This document shows, piece by piece, positions 24,471 to 32,000 of a stretch of DNA of 32,000 bases (positions are counted from its first letter, which is position 1; every line of letters starts with the position of its first letter). This DNA comes from Paracoccus suum (GTDB lineage Bacteria > Pseudomonadota > Alphaproteobacteria > Rhodobacterales > Rhodobacteraceae), in the NCBI RefSeq assembly GCF_003324675.1, contig NZ_CP030918.1, positions 1,650,001 to 1,682,000 of the forward strand, read 5' to 3'. Under the pieces are notes generated by a model. It was not told where the DNA came from, did not search any database, and saw only the letters and a list, made by a program, of their open reading frames with translations. The translations under genes were made by a program, and so were the position numbers.

Positions 24471-25726
24471 CCGGCGGCGACGCTTTCGTCGATGAAGCGG
24501 CCTTCGCGAAAGCGGTTCATGCCGAATGCTTCGGCCAGCGGGCCGGGGGTGCCCTTGGCGACCAGTTCGGCCATGGCCCAGCCGCTTCCGGGGATCGCCT
24601 TGAAGCCGCCGGTGCCCCAGCCGCAGTTGACGAAGATGTTGCCGACCGGCGTGGTCGACAGGATCGGCGAGCGATCACCGGTCATGTCCACGATCCCGCC
24701 CCATTGCCGCAGCATCTTGAGGCGCGAGATCATCGGGAAGGTCTCGATCAGCGCTCGCACGGTCTCCTCGACGTGGTGCCAGCTGCCGCGCTGAGTGTAG
24801 TTCACAAAGCCGTCCGTGCCGCCGCCGATCACCATCTCGCCCTTGTCGGATTGCGACAGGTAACCGTGGACGGTGTTGGCCATGACCACCACGTCCATGC
24901 AGGGCTTGATCGGCTCTGACACAAGGGCCTGCAAGGCCATGCTCTCGATTGGCAAGCGAAATCCGGCCATGTCTGCCAGCACGGTCGAATGGCCGGCGGC
25001 GACCAGCACCAGCTTGTCGCAGCCGATCTCGCCCCGTGTGGTGCGGATGCCGGTCACCGCGCCGCTTGCGGTGTCGATGCCTGTCACCTCGCAGTTCTGG
25101 ATGATGTCCATGCCCATGGCCGAGCAGGCCCGGGCGTAGCCCCAGGCGACGGCGTCGTGCCGGGCGGTGCCGCCACGCTCCTGGTAAAGGCCGCCGAGGA
25201 CCGGATAGCGCGGCCCGTCGAGGTTGATGATCGGCACCAGTTCCTTGACGCGCGCCGGCTCGATCCACTCGGTTGCGACGCCCTGCAGGTGGTTGGCATA
25301 GACGGTGCGCTTGTAGCCGCGCACCTCATGCTCGGTCTGCGCCAGCATGATGAGGCCGCGCGGGCTGAACATGACGTTGTAGTTCAGGTCCTGCGACAGG
25401 TCCTCGTACAGCTTCAGCGACTTGTCATAGATCGCGGCAGAGGGGTCCTGCAGGTAGTTGCTGCGAATGATGGTGGTGTTGCGGCCGGTGTTGCCGCCAC
25501 CCAGCCAGCCCTTTTCCACGATCGCGACATCGGTGATGCCGTGATTCTTGCCGAGGTAATAGGCGGTGGCGAGGCCGTGGCCGCCCGCCCCGACGACGAC
25601 CACCTGATAGCGCTTTTTCGGGGTGGGATCGGCCCATGCGCGGGTCCAGCCGGTGTGCAGCCGCATCGCCTCGCGAGCGATGGCGAACACGGAATAGCGG
25701 CGGGGCCGCGGGCGGGCATCGGTCAT
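24458..25726 (-). CDS. soxB: Sarcosine oxidase subunit beta
   Basis: Has the FAD-binding YQVVVVGAGGHGLATAYYL and GGGNTGRNTTIIRSNY motifs. Tandem ATGs occur at 25729 and 25726; the second has better spacing to GGGGA. Confidence 0.95.
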   Translation of the reverse strand: MTDARPRPRRYSVFAIAREAMRLHTGWTRAWADPTPKKRYQVVVVGAGGHGLATAYYLGKNHGITDVAIVEKGWLGGGNTGRNTTIIRSNYLQDPSAAIYDKSLKLYEDLSQDLNYNVMFSPRGLIMLAQTEHEVRGYKRTVYANHLQGVATEWIEPARVKELVPIINLDGPRYPVLGGLYQERGGTARHDAVAWGYARACSAMGMDIIQNCEVTGIDTASGAVTGIRTTRGEIGCDKLVLVAAGHSTVLADMAGFRLPIESMALQALVSEPIKPCMDVVVMANTVHGYLSQSDKGEMVIGGGTDGFVNYTQRGSWHHVEETVRALIETFPMISRLKMLRQWGGIVDMTGDRSPILSTTPVGNIFVNCGWGTGGFKAIPGSGWAMAELVAKGTPGPLAEAFGMNRFREGRFIDESVAAGVAH

Positions 25727-25962
25727 CATGTCCCCGGACTAGGTCGTGCACGGCCGTGGCGACCGTCCTGTCCATGGTGTGCCGCGCCTCCAGCGATGCG
25801 GCAAGGCGCCAAACGGCATCGGTGGGCGAAATGCGACACGCGCGCCTGCGGGCGTGATTCCCGCCGGGCCGGGACGCACCGCCGGCTGCTGCGGCATCGG
25901 ATGGCCTTTTGCCGGGCCCGCCAAGGCGCTAGACGGGCGCGTGCGACAAAAGGGGTGACGGC

Positions 25963-27417
25963 ATGCTCTGGGCGATAGCGGCGGCCTTGGCGGGGGTGGT
26001 GATGGTGGCGATTGCGGCGCCATTCCTGCGCATGCCCGGCCGGGGCATGGCGGAGGAGGCGGCGCTGCCGGCGGCCGCCTACGACCTGCGCGTCTATCGC
26101 AGCCAGTTGGCCGAGGTTGATCGCGACCTCGCTCGTGGCGTCATTCCCGCCGACGAGGCCGAGCGCCTGCGCACCGAGATCGGCCGCAAGGTGCTGGAGG
26201 CTGACCGCGCACTGCAGCGCGACGCCGCTGCGGCGGCCCCCGCCCGCCGCGCGCCTCGCGCGCTGGCCGCTGCGGTGGCGCTGGTTGTGTTGGGGGTCGG
26301 GGCCTTTGCCCTTTACCAGTGGATCGGCGCGCCGGGCATGCCCGACGATCCCATCGCCCTGCGCACCGCCGAGGCGAACCGCGTCTATGAGGAACGACCG
26401 ACCCAGGCCGAGGCCGAGGCTGCCGTTGCAGCGCGCCCGCCCGCGCCGTTCATGGTTCCCGATCCCGCCTATAGCCAGCTGATCGAGCAACTGCGCGCGG
26501 CCGTGGCCGAGCGTCCGGACGACCCGCAGGGCCTGCGGCTGTTGGCCGAACACGAGGCCCGCCTCGGGAACGTTGCTGCCGGCGCGCGGGCCATGGCTCA
26601 TCTGAATGCGCTGAACGGTGCCAAGGCCTCGCCCGCCGATCACGCCCAGCTGGCGGCGTTGCTGGTCGATGCCGCTGGGGGCCTGATCACTCGCGAGGCC
26701 GAGGCCGAGATTGCGCGCGCCCTGGCCGGCGATTCGAACAACCCGCAGGCGCGCTATCTGCAGGGCCTTCTCTATATCCAGAACCAGCGGCCCGACCGGG
26801 CCTTTCCGATCTGGCGCAACCTTCTGGAAACTGCCCCGCCGGGCGCACCCTGGGCCGAGTCGATCCGGCGCGTCATCCCCGATCTCGCGTGGCTCGCCGG
26901 CCAGCCAGACTACCAGCCGCCGGCCGCGCCGAGGGGCCCGGCGCTGCCCGGACCCGATGCGGGCGCCGTCGCGGCAGCCGAGGGCATGAGCGACGAGGAG
27001 CGCCAGCAGATGATCGCCGGCATGGTCAGCCAGCTCGAGGGTCGCCTTGCCGCCCAGGGCGGGACGCCCGAGGAATGGGCGCGCCTGATCCGCGCGCTGC
27101 ATGTGCAGGGTAACGACGCCCACGCCGCGGAAATTGCAGCAGAGGCCCGAACCCAATTCGCGGCGGTTCCAGAGGCCTTGGCCCAGATCGAGACCGCCGT
27201 GGCAGCGGCCGGGGCGGACGTGCCCGGGCCGGCCGCTTCCACGGGCCCGGCGGCCGCCCGGCAGGGGGCCGCTGGGCCAGGTGCTGCCGCCGCGCCGCGC
27301 GCTGCCGCAGGCGGGGCTGGCACCCCATCGGATGCCACCGGAGCGGGCGGCTCCGCAATGGGCGCAACACCTTCGGGCAGCCCCGCAACCACTCCTGCGG
27401 GCGGCACCGCACCGTGA
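25963..27417 (+). CDS. ccmI: Cytochrome c-type biogenesis protein CcmI (CycH)
   Basis: Has an N-terminal TM segment followed by [36 protein letters not shown], a second TM segment and a TPR-like periplasmic domain. AAGGGG lies upstream of ATG 25963. The last ~70 aa are an Ala/Gly/Pro-rich tail. Confidence 0.85.
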   Translation: MLWAIAAALAGVVMVAIAAPFLRMPGRGMAEEAALPAAAYDLRVYRSQLAEVDRDLARGVIPADEAERLRTEIGRKVLEADRALQRDAAAAAPARRAPRALAAAVALVVLGVGAFALYQWIGAPGMPDDPIALRTAEANRVYEERPTQAEAEAAVAARPPAPFMVPDPAYSQLIEQLRAAVAERPDDPQGLRLLAEHEARLGNVAAGARAMAHLNALNGAKASPADHAQLAALLVDAAGGLITREAEAEIARALAGDSNNPQARYLQGLLYIQNQRPDRAFPIWRNLLETAPPGAPWAESIRRVIPDLAWLAGQPDYQPPAAPRGPALPGPDAGAVAAAEGMSDEERQQMIAGMVSQLEGRLAAQGGTPEEWARLIRALHVQGNDAHAAEIAAEARTQFAAVPEALAQIETAVAAAGADVPGPAASTGPAAARQGAAGPGAAAAPRAAAGGAGTPSDATGAGGSAMGATPSGSPATTPAGGTAP

Positions 27418-27899
27418 TCTGCGTCGGGATCGAGGATCTCGCCCCGCTGCTGCCGCGCGCAGGGGGGTTGATCGGGCTGGATCTCGGCACCAAGACCATC
27501 GGCGTGGCCGTCAGCGACGGGCTGCGGCAGGTCGCATCGCCCCTGACCGTCATTCGCCGGACCAAGTTCACTCAGGACGCCGCCGCCGTGCTGGCGCTGG
27601 TGGCAGAGCGCGGGCTGGCGGGTATCATCCTCGGGCTGCCGCTGAACATGGACGGCAGCGAGGGGCCGCGCGTCCAGTCGACGCGCGCCTTCTCCCGCAA
27701 CCTGGAACGCCTGACGCCCGTGCCCATCGCCTTCTGGGACGAGCGCCTGTCGACCGTCGCCGCCGAGCGCGCGCTGCTGGAGGGCGACGCCAGCCGCGCC
27801 CGCCGCGCGCAGGTCATCGACCAGGTGGCCGCGGGATACATCCTGCAAGGCGCCCTCGACCGGTTGCGCTATTTGGGTGAAAGGCCCAAGCATGACTGA
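27414..27899 (+). CDS. ruvX: Holliday junction resolvase-like protein RuvX (YqgF)
   Basis: Has [15 protein letters not shown] and [12 protein letters not shown]...WDERLST motifs. The GTG start overlaps the ccmI TGA (GTGA). Confidence 0.9.
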   Translation: MICVGIEDLAPLLPRAGGLIGLDLGTKTIGVAVSDGLRQVASPLTVIRRTKFTQDAAAVLALVAERGLAGIILGLPLNMDGSEGPRVQSTRAFSRNLERLTPVPIAFWDERLSTVAAERALLEGDASRARRAQVIDQVAAGYILQGALDRLRYLGERPKHD

Positions 27900-28151
27900 C
27901 CGTTATTCGCGGCCCTGTCTGGGCGGGCATTGCGCATCCTCCGGACTGACAGTCGCAGCGGGGGGGTGCTGCTCGGTCGTGACCGTGCGAGAGCCTCCTC
28001 CGGTGCCCGCTTGCGGCCGGCGTCATTCCTGCGTCACCGCAGAAGAACCCCGCGGGCGTACCCGCTCGCGGCGCTGCTCCCCCACAAAGCCCCCTTGCAG
28101 CACCTGCGGCAATCCGTCAGCGTTTCGAAGCCATCGGCAGCGGGGACGTGG

Positions 28152-29045
28152 ATGCAGGCGCAGCGGGCCGGACTCTTGTCGATGCTGGGCGCCTGTTTCA
28201 TCTGGGGCTCTTCCGCGATCTATTTCAAGGCATTGGTGGGCGTTCCGCCGGGCGAGCTATTGGCCCATCGCATCCTGTGGTCGCTGGCACTGTTCACCGG
28301 AATGTTCGCCCTGCAGGGCCGGCTGGGGCATCTGGTTGCGGCCTTGCGCGGGCCGAACCTGAGGCGGATCGCCCTCGCCGCGGTGATGATGGGCTCGAAC
28401 TGGCTGGTGTTCATCATTGGCGTCTTCAGCGGCCATGTGATGCAGACCAGCCTTGGCTATTACATATTCCCGCTCTTCAGCGTGCTGATCGGCGTGGTGC
28501 TGTTTGGCGAGCGCCTGACGCCCCTCCAGATCGTCGCGGTCGGGCTGGCAACGCTGGCGGTGACGATCCTTGCGGTAGGCCTCGGGGTCGCGCCATGGCT
28601 CAGCCTTGCCATCGCGGCCACTTTCGCGGTCTACGGCACCATCAAGAAGGGCCTCGACCTGCCGCCGGCGATCTCCGTCGCGGCAGAACTGGCGGTCCTC
28701 GCACCCATGGCGGCCGTCTGGCTGATCCTGCGGCCAGAGGGTGGCGGGTTGCCGCTGATGGGGCAGGGGTGGCAGCCGGCGCTGCTGGTTGGCTCCAGCC
28801 TGATGACGGCGGTGCCGATGCTGATGTTCACCTTTGCCGCACGGCGGCTGGACCTCGCGACAGTGGGCCTGCTGCAATATGTAAACCCCACGCTGCAGTT
28901 CCTGACCGCAACGCTCTGGTTCCGCGAGCCATTCACCCGCTGGCACCTGATCGCCTTTCCGCTGATCTGGCTGGCACTTGGCCTTTACTCTGCCGCGGCG
29001 CTGCACCGGAGGCGCGCCTTGCCCGGAACGCGTGCCCGGCTATAA
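28152..29045 (+). CDS. rarD: EamA/RarD family transporter
   Basis: 297 aa from ATG 28152. GLLSMLGACFIWGSSAIYFKAL...AHRILWS...GYYIFPLFSVLIGVVLFGERL is typical of RarD, with 10 TM segments. The 371-aa ORF-track version is over-extended. Confidence 0.85.
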   Translation: MQAQRAGLLSMLGACFIWGSSAIYFKALVGVPPGELLAHRILWSLALFTGMFALQGRLGHLVAALRGPNLRRIALAAVMMGSNWLVFIIGVFSGHVMQTSLGYYIFPLFSVLIGVVLFGERLTPLQIVAVGLATLAVTILAVGLGVAPWLSLAIAATFAVYGTIKKGLDLPPAISVAAELAVLAPMAAVWLILRPEGGGLPLMGQGWQPALLVGSSLMTAVPMLMFTFAARRLDLATVGLLQYVNPTLQFLTATLWFREPFTRWHLIAFPLIWLALGLYSAAALHRRRALPGTRARL

Positions 29046-29066
29046 GGGGCGCCAACGATTGCAGAC

Positions 29067-30026
29067 ATGACGGACAGCATGGCCAACCAGCACGACAGCT
29101 TCATCGACGAGGTGACCGAGGATCTTCGTCGCGATCGCCTGTTTGGGGCGATGCGGCGTTATGGTTGGGTCGTGCTCCTGCTGATCCTGGCAATCGTCGC
29201 CGGCGCCGCCTGGCGCGAGTTCAGCCGCACGCGCGGTGAAACCCGGGCACAGGCTTTTGGCGATGCGCTGCTGGCGGCCGAGTCCGCCGCTGACCCCGCC
29301 ACCGCGCTGGCGGGGGTCGATGCTCGCGGCAGCGCGGCGCGGGCGGCGCTGGCGCGGCTGCTTGCGGCGGATGCACAACTGAAGGCAGGTGATCGCGCCG
29401 CGGCGGCGGCCACGCTTGACGCCCTCGGGAGCGAGGCCGGGCTGCCTGCGGTGATCCGCGACCTGGCCCGACTGAAGGGGCTGATGCTGGACGATCCGGC
29501 CAATGGCGGCACCGAGCCCGCCAAGCGCGATGCCCTGCTGTCCGAGCTTTCGGCGCCCGGCGCGCCCTATCGCCTGCTGGCGCTGGAGCAAAAGGCGGTG
29601 GCCCTGGTCGAAGCAGATCGCAACGAGGACGCCGCCACTCTGATCCGCAAGATTCAGCAGGAACAGGGTCTGACAGAAAACCTGCGCCGGCGACTTTCGG
29701 AAATGCTGATCACCCTCGGGGTCGAACCCGATCCGGCGGCCGCACAGCCGGGAACTGCACCCGCTGAACCGGCCACCGCCGCACCGGCGGGCGAGACCGG
29801 GACGCAAGTCCAGCCCGCCCCCGCCGCCAACCAGCCGACGTCTGGTGGCGCTGCCGTAGTTCCGGCGACCCCGGTCGCCCCGACCCCTGCTGCGCCAGCC
29901 GCCGCCCAGACAGCGCCGACGGAACCCGCCCCGGCTCCTGTCGCCCCGGCCGCATCCGCCACGCCGGCTGGGGCCGCCACCCCCGAAACGTCCGCCGCGC
30001 CCGCCGCGCCCGCGCCGGCCAACTGA
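29067..30026 (+). CDS. YfgM-like single-pass membrane TPR-like protein with Pro/Ala-rich C-terminal tail
   Basis: The N-terminus SFIDEVTEDLRRDRLFGAMRRYGWVVLLLILAIVAGAAW has the YfgM/DUF2659-like architecture. It occupies the conserved position upstream of bamB-der, as in E. coli yfgM-bamB-der. Confidence 0.7.
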   Translation: MTDSMANQHDSFIDEVTEDLRRDRLFGAMRRYGWVVLLLILAIVAGAAWREFSRTRGETRAQAFGDALLAAESAADPATALAGVDARGSAARAALARLLAADAQLKAGDRAAAAATLDALGSEAGLPAVIRDLARLKGLMLDDPANGGTEPAKRDALLSELSAPGAPYRLLALEQKAVALVEADRNEDAATLIRKIQQEQGLTENLRRRLSEMLITLGVEPDPAAAQPGTAPAEPATAAPAGETGTQVQPAPAANQPTSGGAAVVPATPVAPTPAAPAAAQTAPTEPAPAPVAPAASATPAGAATPETSAAPAAPAPAN

Positions 30027-30048
30027 TCCCGCGAAAGGACCGCGACCG

Positions 30049-31389
30049 ATGACCCGACCGGATACCCTGCGCCGCCCCTTTGCCGTGCTGTTGGCCCTTG
30101 GTCTGACGACGGCCCTGGTGGCCTGCGACCGCGAGGTCATCTTGCAAGGTCAGCGCGAAGACCCGCGCTCTGTCCTCAGCCCCGACGGCCCGGCGATCGA
30201 GGGCGATGCCGCCCCGACCACGGCGGCGCTGCGCCTGCCCGGCGTGCGCGGCAATGCCGAGTGGACCCATCGCAGCGGCTCGGCGAGCCACGTCAGCGGC
30301 AACGAGGCCCTCAGCGGCGGCACGCAGCGCATCTGGTCGAATAATGTCGGCCAGCCGGTCGGTCTGCCTCACCGAATCACTGCCGATCCGATTGTCGGAG
30401 GCGGGCTGATCTACACCCTCGACAGCCGCGCGCGCGTGACTGCCACCGCCACCAACGGCGGCACGGCATGGAGCGTGGACCTGAAGCCGCCGCTGGAAAC
30501 TGGCGACAGCGCTTCGGGCGGGGGCATCGCCTATGCCGCCGGGCGCGTGTTCGTCACCAGCGAATATGGCGAACTCGTTGCCCTGGACGCCCGCTCGGGC
30601 GGGGTGCTGTGGCGCCAAAAGGTGGATGCGCCGATCTCGGGCGCGCCGACGGTCGAGGGCGGACGCGTGTTCGTGACCGGCCGCGATGCGACGGCCTGGG
30701 CCATTGACGTCGCCGACGGCAAGGTGCTGTGGACCACGGCAGGCACGCGCGACATCGCCGGCTGGATGGGCGTGTCCGCCCCGGCGGTCGACGGCGATCT
30801 GGTCGTCTTTCCTTTCGCCTCGGGCCAGTTGCTGGCGGTGGACGCGGCCTCGGGGCAGCCGCGCTGGTCGGCCAACGTCGCGGGGCGCCGTCCGGGCCGC
30901 GCCATCAGCGCAATCCGCGACCTGACCGGCGATCCGGTCATCACCGGCAACCTCGTCATCGCCGGCTCTTCCGCTGGGCGGATCGGGGCCTTTGACCGTA
31001 TCACCGGCGCCCCTGTCTGGAGCGCGCGCGAAGGTGCGATGAGCCCTGTCCTCGCGGTCGGCAATGCCGTCTTCGCGGTCACCGACGAAAGCCAGCTGGT
31101 GCGCCTCGACATCGCCAATGGCGGCCGCGTCTGGGCGGTCCCGCTGCCCGAATTCACCGATAACCGGCCGAAAAAGCAGGACCGTGTCTGGGCCCATTAT
31201 GGCCCGATATTGGCCGGCGGCCGCCTTTATCTTGCTTCGACCGACGGCGCGCTGCGCGTGTTCGACCCGGCTAGCGGCGCGCTGATCGGGCAGGGCGCGA
31301 TCCCCGGCGGTGCGGGTACTGCGCCTGTGGTCGCCGGCCAGACCCTTTATGTCACGGGCCGCAACGGCCAGTTGCACGCCTTCCGCTGA
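30049..31389 (+). CDS. bamB: Outer membrane protein assembly factor BamB (PQQ-like beta-propeller lipoprotein)
   Basis: Signal peptide with lipobox LTTALVAC and repeated propeller blades (GGRVFVT.., G.VLW...). It is followed directly by der. Confidence 0.85.
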   Translation: MTRPDTLRRPFAVLLALGLTTALVACDREVILQGQREDPRSVLSPDGPAIEGDAAPTTAALRLPGVRGNAEWTHRSGSASHVSGNEALSGGTQRIWSNNVGQPVGLPHRITADPIVGGGLIYTLDSRARVTATATNGGTAWSVDLKPPLETGDSASGGGIAYAAGRVFVTSEYGELVALDARSGGVLWRQKVDAPISGAPTVEGGRVFVTGRDATAWAIDVADGKVLWTTAGTRDIAGWMGVSAPAVDGDLVVFPFASGQLLAVDAASGQPRWSANVAGRRPGRAISAIRDLTGDPVITGNLVIAGSSAGRIGAFDRITGAPVWSAREGAMSPVLAVGNAVFAVTDESQLVRLDIANGGRVWAVPLPEFTDNRPKKQDRVWAHYGPILAGGRLYLASTDGALRVFDPASGALIGQGAIPGGAGTAPVVAGQTLYVTGRNGQLHAFR

Positions 31390-32000
31390 TGTTCACACTC
31401 GCGATTGTTGGCCGTCCGAACGTCGGAAAATCGACCCTGTTCAACCGCCTCGTGGGCAAACGCCTGGCGCTGGTCGACGACCAGCCGGGCGTCACCCGCG
31501 ATCTGCGCGAGGGGCAGGCGCGGCTGGGCGATTTGCGCTTCATCGTGATCGACAGCGCCGGCCTGGAGATGGCGGACGACGAGAGCCTGCAAGGCCGGAT
31601 GCGCCGCCTGACCGAGCGCGCGGTGGACGAGGCCGACATCTGCCTGTTCGTCCTCGACGGCCGGGTCGGGGTCACGGCAGCCGACGAATATTTCGCTGAA
31701 CTGCTGCGCAAGCGGGCCAAGCACATCATCCTCGCGGTCAACAAGGCCGAGGGCCGGGCTGGTGAGGCGGGGGCGATGGAGGCCTTCAGCCTCGGACTGG
31801 GCGAGCCCTTGCGCCTGTCGGCCGAGCATGGCGAGGGGATGGACGACCTCTACCGCACGCTGCTGCCGCTGGCGGATGTCCTGGCGGCCGAGCGGCCCGA
31901 TACCGCCCCCGCGACAGACGTCGATCTGCCTGAGGATTTCGAGGAAGACGACACCGAGGCCGAGGATTGGCGCCCGTCCGCCGACCGGCCGCTGCAGATC
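31389..32000 (+). CDS. der: Ribosome-associated GTPase Der (EngA), 3'-partial
   Basis: Not in the ORF track because it has no stop in the window. I translated it by hand: [38 protein letters not shown]...VIDSAGLE...AVNKAEG. ATG 31389 overlaps the bamB TGA. The frame stays open to nt 32000. Confidence 0.93.
   Translation, partial: MFTLAIVGRPNVGKSTLFNRLVGKRLALVDDQPGVTRDLREGQARLGDLRFIVIDSAGLEMADDESLQGRMRRLTERAVDEADICLFVLDGRVGVTAADEYFAELLRKRAKHIILAVNKAEGRAGEAGAMEAFSLGLGEPLRLSAEHGEGMDDLYRTLLPLADVLAAERPDTAPATDVDLPEDFEEDDTEAEDWRPSADRPLQI

Noticed and set aside
25726-27893. 476-aa and 327-aa minus-strand ORFs (25726..27156 and 26910..27893), and 24989..25978 (+)
   Set aside because: They are antisense or alternate frames of ccmI, ruvX and soxB, with low-complexity Arg/Gly/Ala/Pro translations and no start context.
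27900-28151. 252-bp untranslated region upstream of rarD examined for a riboswitch or leader
   Set aside because: It contains only short 5-bp hairpins. I recognise no match to the guanidine, SAM-II or other riboswitch cores I know. The in-frame upstream ORF extension (27930) is Arg-rich junk. The region cannot be supported as a feature.
29710-31377. 555-aa minus-strand ORF opposite bamB
   Set aside because: It is a mirror frame of bamB. The plus strand has a lipobox, propeller repeats and conserved yfgM-bamB-der synteny.
1-32000. Scan for CRISPR arrays, IS or transposase genes, integrases, phage genes, toxin-antitoxin pairs and rRNA/tRNA genes
   Set aside because: None found. The only regular repeats are in-frame coding repeats (the RTX modules, the RluB tail, the Pro/Thr tail and the GAC6 run) and the short direct repeats reported above.

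Overview
High-GC window (about two-thirds G+C by eye, not computed). Gene content and order suggest an alphaproteobacterium, probably Rhodobacterales/Paracoccus-like; this is inference only. I call about 30 protein genes and find no rRNA, tRNA, CRISPR array, transposase, integrase or phage gene. Most of the window is core housekeeping: comEC (5'-partial), rimO, an ABC-2 exporter pair, bolA, a J-domain protein, tadA, rluB, an AI-2E transporter, sodB, the heterotetrameric sarcosine oxidase operon soxB-D-A-G, ccmI, ruvX, rarD, a yfgM-like gene, bamB and der (3'-partial). Accessory-looking parts are: (1) an orphan sulfotransferase and a 1036-aa RTX-type Ca-binding protein built from nine ~80-aa supermodules; (2) an orphan yjbH/yjbF (gfcD/gfcB-like) outer-membrane module, whose first gene is a lipoprotein with a 136-aa Lys/Pro/Ala then Pro/Thr/Ala tail, which lacks a recognisable yjbG/gfcC, and which faces a convergent 74-aa signal-peptide protein ending in a poly-Asp tail; (3) an interruption of the sox operon between soxB and soxD by a TfoX-N-domain gene plus a 359-bp segment bracketed by an exact 15-bp direct repeat, with mirror ORFs on both strands. 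RluB carries an acidic N-terminal extension and a ~330-aa tandem-repeat Arg/Gly/Pro/Asp tail. I see no clear novel multi-gene system such as a defence island. The yjb-like module and the sox-operon insertion are the best candidates for something undescribed. Many long ORFs in the track are antisense mirror frames typical of high-GC DNA and are rejected.
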